Position numbers and translations under genes: made by a program. Below, piece by piece: positions 53,201-64,000 of a stretch of 64,000 nt of DNA; position 1 is the first letter of the stretch; every line of letters begins with the position of its first letter. The stretch is from Tubulanus polymorphus. Taxonomy: Eukaryota > Animalia > Nemertea. The notes under the pieces were generated by a model that saw only the letters and a list, made by a program, of their open reading frames with translations, searched no databases and had not been told where the DNA came from. Location: the NCBI RefSeq assembly GCF_964204645.1, contig NC_134026.1, positions 25,640,150 through 25,704,149 of the forward strand, written 5' to 3'.

Positions 53201-54083
53201 CTCTCACGGGACAGCATTTAAAATCGGGTCCTCTCACGGGACAGTATTTAAAATAGGGTCCTCTCACGGGACAGTGTGTTGAATCGGGCCCTCTCACGGG
53301 ACAGTGTGTTGAACCGGGTCCTCTCACGGGACAGTGTGTTGAATCGGGTCCTCTCACGGGACAGTATTTAAAATAGGGTCCTCTCACGGGACAGTGTGTT
53401 GAATCGGGCCCTCTCACGGGACAGTGTGTTGAATCGGGTCCTCTCACGGGACAGTATTTAAAATAGGGTCCTCTCACGGGAGAGTGTGTTGAACCAGGTC
53501 CTCTCACGGGACAGTATTTAAAATAGGGTCCTCTCACGGGACATTATTTAAAATCGGGTCCTCTCACAGGACAGTGTGTTGAATCGGGTCCTCTCACGGG
53601 ACAGTAAGTTGATTCGGCTCCTCTCACGGGACATTATTTAAAATCGGGTCCTCTCACGGGACAGTGTGTTGAACCGGGTCCTCTCACGGGACAGCATTTA
53701 AAATCGGGTCCTCTCACGGGACAGTGTGTTGATTCGGGTCCTCTCACGGGACGGTAACTTGAATCGCGGGTTCCGTTGTAAAATCCTGCGTGAAAAAGGT
53801 GCATTCATATCCCCTATTGTCCCCCTGGCCCTGCAGTAAATAAGAATTTATCGGTAGGCCCTTATGTATTTATAAATGAAATCAAAATGGAAAATGTAAT
53901 AATTACAATCGATAGTTGAATTTATTTATTCATAATCGTTATAGACAGAATACATAAGAATATTGAGACTCGAAACCGCTAGCATTGGAATCGACGTTTC
54001 ATGTAAGAATTCTACGTTTGTCCCGTGAGAGGACCCATGTCCCGTCACAGGCCCGGGTCCTCTCACGGGACGCTGCAGTTTAA
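50277..54083. mobile_element. Non-autonomous foldback-type DNA element with TIRs, TTAA flanks and an internal 30-bp tandem array
   Basis: Left end TTAA|ACTGCAGC[tatgcagcat]GTCCCGTGAGAGGACCtgGGGCCTGTGACGGGACAT (50281-50334) mirrors right end ATGTCCCGTCACAGGCCCgGGTCCTCTCACGGGACGCTGCAGT|TTAA (54037-54079). No transposase ORF. Confidence 0.85.
50749..53766. repeat. 30-bp minisatellite, ~72 forward units then ~28 inverted units
   Basis: Each unit is the near-constant GTCCCGTGAGAGGACCC plus a 13-nt variant (GATTCAACACACT, GATTTTAAATACT, GAATCAACTTACT, GGTTCAACACACT, GATTTTAAATAAT, etc.). Orientation flips at ~52910. Confidence 0.97.
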
Positions 54084-54663
54084 CTCATATGATAAAAAGG
54101 AGAGCGATTCGACATAAATTTCAAGGGGGTTATAAATAGATGGTAACCTTCGTAGTGTATTCCACTTACCAGGGGCACGCTTTATTAACCTGTGGATTCG
54201 AATCCTGAAATATAGATATTAAAGGTATTCACGCTGCACCCTGCAAGACCATCGCTTTGGGTGGACCATTGGCGTATAACCTTTAGATTATATCATTATC
54301 TAGTTTATACGTCCATGGATGGACTGATAATGACGTATAGGCGTATGGGCCATAGAAATGGATAATCTGATGGCATTCCATGCGAATCGAACATACATTA
54401 TTCTACCAAGAAACAAAGATTAGGAACTTAAGGGATTAATTTCACCAGAGAAATGTGACCACATTGCAACAGCGAGCGTATGAATTTGGACGAGGCAAAT
54501 TGAAAATTACTACTTTTATTGCATTGTGACAAAAAGCGCGCTTCACGGAGGGGACATTGCCGCAAGTAACCAAGCGGCAATTTATACAAAAATATTGAGT
54601 CTTAACATAATTCTTAGTGAAGCTGGGACCAGTCACGTCATCATCTTGGTTTACTTTCTTGAT

Positions 54664-55602
54664 TTACTTTCTTTGACAAATGAGTTTATTTATTTCTTTC
54701 CTAACTTCGCTTCCCGATACGAGATATAGAAAGAAATTTACGGCGTAATTAGTAACGTAAATAAATGATAAAACGCCATGTTTTCGTGGGGATATTAACT
54801 GGGCAATCCAATGTGGTAGAGACAACCCTAGATAGGAAAACGTGAGGATGAGCATCATAACTGTGATTCGCTGTGACCTTTGATCCGTTTTTTTGTGATC
54901 ACTGGACATCGCTTTGAGCTGTACAATATTAGCCACTATGAGAGCGTTAAATGTCATGATAAGCGATGCTGGGAGAAAAACGACAGTGATTATGTAAACC
55001 TGGGTAGTACTGCTGTGGCTAACAGGGTGAGTAGTGAAATAGCATCGCCCTGAAACGTAACGGATGCTAATGTTGTTCAGAGCCACTAATGAACAAAATG
55101 CGGACGTAAGGATGGTGACGATGCGTGCGATTCTTATATCTGAAACTTGGTGAACCAAAAACGGAAAGGATACGGACAAGAAACGCTCAAATGAGACGAT
55201 CACCATAAACCAAGCAGATATGTGTTGCGCGACTGTGGGTAAACTATTCACGATAATGCATCGACTGGTGGAAATTATCGTAATCATTAAATGATAACCA
55301 AAATTCAAAGAAATGAAGTTGACCCAATACATGAAATGAAAGCATAAGACGACTGTATCGGATACAGCGATGGCGGTCAGGTACAGTGAGTATGTCCGCT
55401 GTCGCAATACTGTTACCTGCATTACAACCACGGTGAATGTGTTACCGACAAAACCGGTTAAAATGATTAGGGGTAAAGCAATCGAAGTCAGCCAATATTT
55501 TGACGGTTTCATTGAGGTAAAATTTGTGTAGCGATTTGATATCATAAAATTCCAATAAGAACCGTGTCTAATTGGATACGCAGAACTATAGTTTCCTTCC
55601 AT
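54664..55602 (-). CDS. Intronless class A (rhodopsin-like) GPCR, peptide/FMRFamide-receptor-like orphan
   Basis: Seven hydrophobic segments with GFVGN (TM1), YLTAIAVSD (TM2), SFERF (DRY-like), LP in TM5 and TM6, and TNYAVNFFLY (NPxxY-like). N-glycosylation sequons follow MEGNYS. The start at 55602 is my preference; the open frame extends to 55689. Confidence 0.82.
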   Translation of the reverse strand: MEGNYSSAYPIRHGSYWNFMISNRYTNFTSMKPSKYWLTSIALPLIILTGFVGNTFTVVVMQVTVLRQRTYSLYLTAIAVSDTVVLCFHFMYWVNFISLNFGYHLMITIISTSRCIIVNSLPTVAQHISAWFMVIVSFERFLSVSFPFLVHQVSDIRIARIVTILTSAFCSLVALNNISIRYVSGRCYFTTHPVSHSSTTQVYIITVVFLPASLIMTFNALIVANIVQLKAMSSDHKKTDQRSQRITVMMLILTFSYLGLSLPHWIAQLISPRKHGVLSFIYVTNYAVNFFLYLVSGSEVRKEINKLICQRK

Positions 55603-57403
55603 TTGGCACAAGAAACTAGTTTTGATCGGAACTATGCGATCAGAGTTAGATTTGATTATCATCATCATTATTTTAAAACATAGATGCAAATGATTTTTTT
55701 AACCATCAGTATGATATAGGCCTGCAATATGGATCTCTGGTGGCAAAATATCAATATCTTAATATTTTTTTCAAAAACATATGTATATGCATATTTTTTT
55801 TTCATTTTTCAATATAAATCATAAATACCGGTATATTGGATTTGATTTTAAAATGCCCCGGGCTTGTTTTTTGAGAATTCATTCCCAATGAGATACTTCT
55901 AAATAACACAAAAACAATGTTTCACCGTACACACGAAAAGAGTTATTCATTTTTCACCATGCCACCTCCTTGAGTCCGTATACACTAAAATGTACATGTG
56001 ATCATCAAACAAAATGCACGATGATCTGTTAATTTCGCTCCATGCATGTGAGATGCGCAACGAAGCGTCTTTGAGAAAAACATGAGCAACTACACGTCAA
56101 CTAATGTGAAAACAAACAAAATGCTAAATTTTATTGTAAATCTAGTTTTTTTTATTCACATTTGAGAACAGTGATTCACCAGGTTAAATACGTATCAATA
56201 CAACATAACAAAAGCGCAACAAACAATCACCCATATTCTTAAATAGGAAGTTTAGAAATATCACTGAAAATGCTATTTATAGAGAGACAGACTTTGGAAT
56301 ATCTGATCAGTTAACAGTTTTCTTATTCAATTCCTAATTTGAAAAAAAAGACTTATTATATTTACAATGCCTTACAATTTTCTCTTCCTTCATCAACCCT
56401 CCTTTCATGAACATAAATCGTTAAAATGAACTAAAAATATAGTTCTATCCAGTGAGCTTACGTCTTATTGGTGACAATAATATTGCCCGAAGACATAAAA
56501 CTGCACAGCGTATTTTAAGAATAATATGAACATAAATCAATACAGGTACTACCATACGTACATGTCTAAAATTCAAACTCGAATGTTCTCTATGTATTAA
56601 ATATACACTCATTTCATATTATTTCATGTAAAAAGATTTAAAGTGAAAAGAAACTAAATAAAATCTTGTGAAATTCTACCGTGCGACCATTTCAAATAAA
56701 CCGAATTTCGAAAAGACTTCCTATATAAACTCCACACATTAATATGCAATATATTAAATATATCAACCACCCACCGCCCTCCCCTTCCCCTGATAACAAT
56801 TCTAGTAACTGTGCACTAGGCTTAGTACATAAGAAACAAAGATAATGTTTCCAAACTTTAGACTGACACTACACTTTCTAGAAGTGTCTATCTCCATAAC
56901 AGAGCCCTTGCCGCCCTATTATAGGCAATATACCAAAGCCTTTATTTCAACAAAGATAAAACACACCCTATCGAAATTATCTTAGCAGTAGGCAGCATTC
57001 ATACCATTGCTTTTCTATTTTAGTTCATTGTCTGAGACCAATCATACTGGCCAGTTATACCATTGACTCAAGGGCAAAGAGTCGATGGTTATACCAAAAG
57101 CTTTTCGCACAAAAATCAACGCAGTTCAATCACAGTAAAACGAAATATCCCACAGTTAAAAATTATGATCTGTTTAAATTTTTACATTATTTGTGACAAC
57201 ATTTTCCAATAGAATAAGGCGTGGTGATTTTCACAATTAGGCGAAACTTATCATTCGCTAAACAGGTACGGAATTGGTGAATTAGTTTGGCACAACGTGA
57301 CTAGCAATAGACAGCAAGGCTAAACAATGCGCATTGATTCCTTCACAACTTATAATTTCAGATCTTCTTTATGTAGTAAAGAACTATACCAACAATTAAG
57401 CTG

Positions 57404-58738
57404 TCATACAGAATCATCTGAAAAATAGAGCAGCAATGATACACATTATTACTTCAATCAAATAAAGAAACCGGTAAGTATTCTAAAATCATTTCAGTAT
57501 TGATTTTAGATTCCTTAAAAGTTCAGTGCAGTTAGCCATTTTTTTCAATCAATTGATCAGGAACTTACCATGATACCACCATTTAGTTTTTTTCGGATTT
57601 TTGTTGCAAGTCTTGACATAAAATGCATTGTCAGGGGGTCGTTTCTGAAAGAAATGAGAAAAAAATCATCCAGCTTATTAGGAAATATATGTTCTGATGT
57701 TTTATCATGGAATCTACATTTTAAAGTAATACATGATTTAGCAATACTTATTACAGCAGGCAGATTTAATGAACTGATGAAAATGGGTCCAACTACAGTG
57801 AAAGTTGTCATATATGAGTTTGAAATATATTTCGACAAAGAGTTAAGGATATCAAATGAAAAGTACCTTTTCTTTACAGCTACTTAACATGCTAACAATG
57901 CTTAGACAGACTGACTGAACTGAAAGAGCTGGGGACCAATCATCTGTCAAGATAGACAAGCAGATGTGACCATTGCTATAAACATGTGGATGCAAAGGAA
58001 TGTTATCACCGACAAACATCACCTAAAACATAAGAAAACATTATATTTTAATTAACAAACTGAAAGTTATCAAATTTCTGTAGGCAAGTTGCGGATTATT
58101 CTAGAAGGGTCTACCTGAGGTGAATCGAATGGATATCTAGAACTGAATTTGAAAAGCAACTGAAATTGTTCTCCTTCGAAGAGTGAACCTTCAGCTCCAA
58201 CAATGTCTACAAACCACCTGAAATAAATCAAACCACACAAATTACTTCAAGAATTTTGAAAATGAATCGGTGGTTATAAATTCATTTAGTTGACAACTCA
58301 CTCGGTTAAACTCGATCCCATCTGATCTGTATTAACTGTCACTCCTGGGGGTGGGTCTTTTTTCATCGAAGTTAACTCTTTATTCAGTCGTTTCTGAAAA
58401 ATTATTCGAACATGCGATGTAACCAAGCTCACTATTCTATTTTTGGGTTTTGGCCGATTCAATTTCCATTGTCATTTCGTTTGGTTTGAGCCTGCCATTT
58501 TTGTACTACTACTATTCGGTATTCTATCTCTCCGAATCGACGGCGACGCACACAGGCATAACAGAGATTTCCTGTCATACTAATGCTAAGTAAAGCTTTG
58601 TCGTTACCCATAAACAAAAGCCATTCAGCAATTAGCAATCTATATTCGGTGACGTAGTTTCAATTTAATCTGATTAAAAAACTAATCACATGATCCAAAA
58701 CAATGATCGCAAAAAATCTTTACCTCCATCGACGCCAT
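57404..58738 (-). CDS. UBE2W: Ubiquitin-conjugating enzyme E2 W; exons 58738-58724, 58393-58302, 58217-58115, 58022-57867, 57644-57569, 57417-57404
   Basis: Spliced product MASMEKRLNKEL...DPPPG...[20 protein letters not shown]...[32 protein letters not shown]...[29 protein letters not shown], which is characteristic of UBE2W. It is absent from the ORF track because the exons are short. Confidence 0.96.
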
Positions 58739-58988
58739 CTTGCAAGAAATGAGTCAATTTCGGGACTCGAACCGCAGAGACAGGACGATTTGTGAGAGAG
58801 ACACGCTAATCTCCGGACTCAACCAACTAGCGAGTCCCCAGCCGAATATTAGTGATGACGTTGCCACTTTTCGTTTTCTCCAAGGTCGCGGGCAAATGGC
58901 CATAATCAAGATTTGACAGCTAGAAAAGTTGCGCTAAAAATTATTCTATCACGGCTACGACAGTTAAAGATTTACTTCAGCATCAGTC
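58733..58988. promoter_or_regulatory. Bidirectional promoter between UBE2W and BPNT2
   Basis: Divergent start codons only 250 bp apart. A YY1-like CAAGATGGCG overlaps the UBE2W ATG, and a B-box-like GGTTCGAGTCC lies on the minus strand at 58763-58773. Confidence 0.75.
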
Positions 58989-60649
58989 ATGGCTGCTGTC
59001 AGTGTACGTATGAATCCTCTTGGCATCACGCTTATGCTTTTGATATCTGGTTGTTCTATATTTTACTGGTTTGGAGGTGCTAATTTGTTGAGATCCGAAC
59101 CGAAGATAAGTATGAAAGAGTTGCTGTGTGTTGGTATAGAACTGGCTAAGCGTGGTGGTAATAGAGTTAAACAAATACATGACAGCAATAAATTGGACGC
59201 AACCAGCAAAGGCAAAACGAAGGAAGGTGCCAAAGAAATGATGACAGAGGGTGATTTGCAGTCTCATCGTGCAATTGTGTATGGCTTTGATAAAGCTTTC
59301 CCAGGAATAAAGGTTAGTATCATTCCTATAGTAATAAATGATAAATATTCACTCAGATCTAAGATAAAAAATTTAGAATTATGTATGAAACATTGACGAC
59401 ATTATTGCCATTCGATTAAAGGTGATATCTGAAGAACACGAGCGAAAACCTGTGGACTTCAAAGTTATTCCAGACCTTGTTAAACAGATGAATGAAGTGG
59501 ATGAAATCATAACCAGCGATGTACAAATTCCACTGAATGAAATATCGGTCTGGATTGATCCACTCGATGCTACACAAGAATATACCGGTAACTATTTTGC
59601 TCTTGATCACAAGATTCTACGGCAATTATGGTCAACTGCAGATACTATTGTTGAATATATTATTATCTTAGATGTTCTATGTGCACCACACTATCACTAT
59701 GGAACATCTGTTGGACAGAAGTAATAATTGATATGTTTCATTCTATTCTGTTTGTTTAACCGCGATTAATGTAGAAACACCAGCTGTGTTCTACAATGTG
59801 TTCATCACTACTTCTGAAAATTTAATCTATGCTTGACTACTAAATTTTCATGTTTACAACAATCATGGAAATTGTTTTCTTTCAAATACAGAGGGCTTGA
59901 CTCAATATGTTACTGTAATGGTTTGTGTGGCGGTAAATGGTCAACCGACGATAGGAATAATACATCAACCTTTTCTCAAAGAGACAGGTGAATTAACGAA
60001 TGAAGAATATCAATTGAATGCAGTATTGAAACATTTGGCGACACCTTTTTTGTTTTGAATTTTAGCCTGGGGTTGGGTTGCATATGGTACGTCGAAAAAT
60101 GTGAAAAATCAAGTAAATGAAAAAGACCAGAAAACCCCTATCGAAGGCAAAGAGGATCCTGTTAGGTTGATAGTATCAAGATCTCATGCTGGCAAGGTTG
60201 AGCCTTTGGTGAAAGATGCATTTGATAATGTAAATGTTATACCAGCGGGAGGAGCAGGTAGTTAGGCTATTTCAAACGTTTTGAGTTTTGATAATACATT
60301 CACCCTGCCATATGAAATAAGTACACTTAATAATCCGCTCGTACAAATATTTATTATTTTCGTTTTAGGTTATAAGACATTAGCTTTGATAAAGGGAGAG
60401 GCTGATGCATACGTCCATGTTACACGAATAAAAAAGTGGGATATTTGTGCTGGGAATGCACTTCTTAATTCTCTCGGTGGACGGATGACCACTTTAGATG
60501 GTACGCACATTGATTATCATGCCGAAAGTAACCCGGTGGTTGATCTCGGTTTGTTAGCAGATCTACGCGAACACGATGTTTACCGCAGTAAACTGAGTAA
60601 AATTGCGGAAGATTTAAAAGAATCATCACAGAAACAGCCGTCATCATAA
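58989..60649 (+). CDS. BPNT2: Golgi-resident PAP 3'-phosphatase (IMPAD1/gPAPP); exons 58989-59312, 59422-59587, 59892-59987, 60066-60257, 60369-60649
   Basis: N-terminal signal anchor; inositol-monophosphatase-family motifs [49 protein letters not shown] and [13 protein letters not shown] junctions are in frame. Confidence 0.94.
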
Positions 60650-61582
60650 TCACATTTTGTAAATGATTTGATAATTTTTGACATGACTGCATATTATCTT
60701 CGGAAAAGGGCCTCTTCTAGCTTTTCGTGCATTTCGTCTTTGAGTTTGACAATAATTTGTGTATTTATTTACCAGTACTCTCTGACTGCTAAGGTCACCA
60801 CCGCTACCATTAATTTTAGCTTGGAAAAACAAAAATTGCATCTGGCAATCTGAAGAACAAAATGTTTTCCCACCACTTTTTAAAAGCTTAGGAGTTAAGT
60901 TAATGATAATCATCATGTAGTTATTTGTAGAACATGTTCATGCTAGTAACTTACAAGAATTTTCAACATTCCATTTTCAAATGTCGCATTGATGGTGGAA
61001 TTCTTATATTTTGTACTTCACTTCCTAATTTTATTTCATTTTGCCTTGAGATTAATTCTTGATGTTGTATACTTGAATGTTCAATATTGGCTACAGTTCA
61101 AATGGCACTGAAAAGCCAGTCAAGCTGAAGAGATCGATATTCAGTACAGTAACGACAAGTATTTGAAAGGATTGAACAATCAGCTAAGACTTTTAATTTA
61201 TTTTGACTATCATTTTGTTGTTGATTTTGGTTTTATATGTATATTAGTTATTCAATCATTATTTCTTAACTTAATCATTCACAACTGTATAAAAAATTGA
61301 AATTTTTACTATAAAGATGTATGTATTTATACATTATGTATTCTCTTGGTTAACACTATATGACAAGAAAGTTTAGTTGTGAAGCTCTTTGTATATCTTG
61401 GTATATGTACTACTATTGTATTAATGTATTGTTTGCAACTGTTGTGTACCAGCTCACCAGATATTTCCTTCAAATATCACTGTTAATATTATTCATTATT
61501 TCTATAACTCATTGGATTAAATTCCGAGGTTTTCACAGCATTGTACTATAACTCATTCAGTATACTCTTGTCATCACTGCCT

Positions 61583-61597
61583 TTTATTAGAAATAAA
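61583..61597. terminator. Back-to-back poly(A) signals TTTATT-aga-AATAAA between convergent BPNT2 and EXO5
   Basis: AATAAA on the minus strand at 61583-61588 and on the plus strand at 61592-61597. Confidence 0.5.
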
Positions 61598-61822
61598 GAC
61601 TTTTTCTAAAACATAACTTACAATTGTCTGTACAAAATTTGTTTGGATAATTGCATTTGTAAATCAATCAATAGTTCACTACAATAATAAAAAGTCAATA
61701 CATTTGATGTATATCTTATTCACTAAGTTTCGGGAATTGTACATATAAAAATTACATCAATTGTTGGACTTTATCTAATCTAATTTATATCTAATACAAA
61801 GTCTATGGTAATGATAGTTCCC

Positions 61823-63345
61823 TTATTTGTCATTGATCTGGTTATTTTTACCACATAGTTTTGCTTTTTGTTCACGCCAATCACATATCTCGGAGAAGTC
61901 GCATCGTTGACATTTCCACGCTTCCTCTATATCAACCCCTGAAGGTTCGCGTCTGCCTAGCCAGAAATCCATATAATAATCATATTGTTTTTTAATCCAT
62001 TGCTCGTCATTTTCGACCTGGTCGAAACCGATAGTTGTCTGGTTGGCTTGATGGCAGTATTCAATCAGAACACTATTGATACATGTTAAACACTGAGATT
62101 TTGTAAAAAGACTTTCCAACAACAAATCTAAGTTTCCACATTCTTTGTTACCAATTATATGTTTTGTGGCTAGTTTCATTATCTCTTCACCAAATTCTTT
62201 TTCTAGATCTAAACGAAAATTTTGTGCAATAACTTCTTTCATTAAATTACCCTTCACAATATCATTGAATAATTCCTTGTACAACAACACTTGAAGATGG
62301 TGGGAATGTTTTTGTGATTTTGATGGCATTCTGCAATCATTTCGAGTCTTGAATTCTAAAAGTTCAATTTCCATAGTTTCTGGGTCACAGCGCAGTTCGT
62401 CAATGATACCCATGAAAAACACATCCTTTCCAAATGGAGCTCCAAAAATTGGTACCTCTCGACAAACCTTGGCTCCCTGTAGTAGCTGGTCAATTGATGT
62501 CAAAAGGTTGAGCACTTTAACTGCAAATATATCCTCATCCGATGTAGTTTTTATCTTCACAACATCATGAACCTCTAACTCTTAAAAATGAACAAAATAT
62601 TTTGTAGGTTAAATACAGCAAATACTATTCATAATTAAAACGAATTAAATGAAACCAAGAAGTGAGATTTTAACAGAATATTTCACTAACCTCTAGCTAA
62701 GTGAAGATTTGACCCAGCGGTAACTATTTTACTTTCTTCAATAGGAGGTATAATTTGTGGCACAAGGAACGCCACGCCAGTAAGTTTGTATATCATTTGA
62801 TGTTCACACCATGACTGACTGATCAAGTCAGACACCCACAGATAACCGCCACGAATTCTTTCCAGCGGGTTCTGGCCTTTGCTGCTTCTTTTCTCAAGTA
62901 AAGAAGAACAACTAATTGTTAAAACACCACCTGAAATTCAAAACAGTTTTAAATAACAATAGGGAGGCCTAGCTTCACAAAGACAGAACTGAAAAGTAGT
63001 AGACCCCATAAACTATTCGATTTAAAGGGTAAAGCTACAAATCAGAAGTTGGTTAAATTTAACCATGTGAGTGCTAATCATCCGAACAAGTCCAAGGTTT
63101 ACCAAAACTTGGAGTAATCACTGAATAATGATTACTTGCGGTAAGTAATTTTCTTGCGGTTGAAAAAGCCGCCATTTTGTTGTTGGTAACATGGAAAATC
63201 CGTTTAATAGAGAAAAAGATGATATTTGGGAATTACCTTCATGATTTTCATTGATCTTGATTTTCTCACGATCTATCTCAGTTGCAGCTAGGATAAGCAC
63301 ATCATCACTTATTTCATCACCCCACTGGTCTTCAAATTCAGCCAT
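61823..63345 (-). CDS. EXO5: Exonuclease V (Fe-S cluster 5' exonuclease, DEM1); exons 63345-63237, 62930-62691, 62580-61823
   Basis: Motifs LWVSDLISQSWCEHQ, GSNLHLARELEVH, REVPIFG, GIIDELR, ELLEFKTR, LQVLLY and C-terminal WKCQRCDFSEICDW (Fe-S cysteines). Introns are phase 1, GT-AG. Confidence 0.92.
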
Positions 63346-63830
63346 CTAAATGAGTTTGCAATCGAAGAAAAAAATTAAAACAGATTAAATTTCCCTGGGC
63401 GCAGCCATGTTATTTTTGCTGCAAGAAACGTAGGTTCGAATCCTGATCATTATTCTTACGAATATGACTTAGTTTATGATTTTATTTGTTTCATTTCGAT
63501 TGATTTTGTGATAATTGACAAGCAAAAATAAAAAAAATTCTATGAAAATATATCAAATTCAAATGTTTTCTCTAAATAGTAATCTGGGATTCGAACCTCC
63601 TTCTTATTTAGGTACTTGTGCGTTTCTATAGAAACCATATCACTACGCTATCGGTATGATTTGCAATAATCATTCGGTTTATGGACCAAAACAACACTTA
63701 GAAAATAGATTTGTGTATTGAAGTACCAACGACATAAGAATAGATGCACCATTTGATTGAATTTGAATATGAACTATATCATGAGTAAAATCTGCGAAGT
63801 TTTACATTGTATATATAAGGGGTAAACTGG

Positions 63831-63842
63831 CGTCACTTCCGG
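63831..63842. promoter_or_regulatory. Overlapping CRE-half/ETS motif CGTCACTTCCGG, probable promoter of EXO5 and/or a divergent gene
   Basis: Motif seen directly, upstream of EXO5 and of an ATG at 63957 whose frame stays open to the window end. Confidence 0.5.
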
Positions 63843-63956
63843 GTTCGTTTTGACACTAGTAGTAGTGATTTTTTAGGTTTACTGCACCGTCTTTTTGTTC
63901 GATTCATCGAACATGGGGACATTAAAATAACTCGGGACACGACGAGTCACTCAAAA

Positions 63957-64000
63957 ATGGAAGGCAAACACAAAAGCAACAAGAAAAACCATAATAATGG
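63957..64000 (+). CDS. Possible 5' end of a gene truncated by the window (MEGKHKSNKKNHNN...)
   Basis: ATG in a good context (AAAATGG) downstream of the ETS/CRE motif. Only 14 codons are visible. Confidence 0.25.
   Translation, partial: MEGKHKSNKKNHNN

Noticed and set aside
50896-53537. ORFs encoding (CPVRGPDSTH)n or (SGPLTGQCVD)n peptides
   Set aside because: A by-product of a 30-bp period. The frames are broken by frequent stops, mostly start at GTG/TTG and are mirrored on both strands.
50749-53766. CRISPR-like repeat/spacer appearance
   Set aside because: The variable parts are only 13 nt, are related by point changes and are reused many times. The context is eukaryotic, there are no cas genes, and the core derives from flanking TIRs.
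63430-63600. Possible tRNA gene (GGTTCGAATCC T-arm)
   Set aside because: No A-box, D-arm or acceptor stem nearby. Kept only as a B-box-like motif.

Overview
AT-rich animal genomic DNA with short GT-AG introns; an invertebrate (lophotrochozoan-like) source is my inference. There is no prokaryotic, CRISPR, rRNA or tRNA content. I can build nine protein-coding genes by hand: an intronless 1444-aa dispersed C2H2 zinc-finger protein (+), NIM1K (+), a quiver/sleepless-like Ly6 GPI-anchored protein (-), RNF34/RFFL (+), ZRANB2 (-), an intronless class A GPCR (-), UBE2W (-), BPNT2/IMPAD1 (+) and EXO5 (-). A ~21.5 kb stretch without recognisable coding sequence separates the first two genes, and several MITEs are present. 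The most unusual feature is a 3.8 kb TTAA-flanked foldback-type element (50277-54083). It has terminal inverted repeats, and its interior is ~100 copies of a 30-bp unit built from its own subterminal motif. The array switches orientation to form a palindrome with ~570-bp arms. The element appears to sit at the branch-point TTAA of a 5'UTR intron of ZRANB2, and its target duplication would regenerate that branch point. All coordinates and counts were read by eye; no searches were run.
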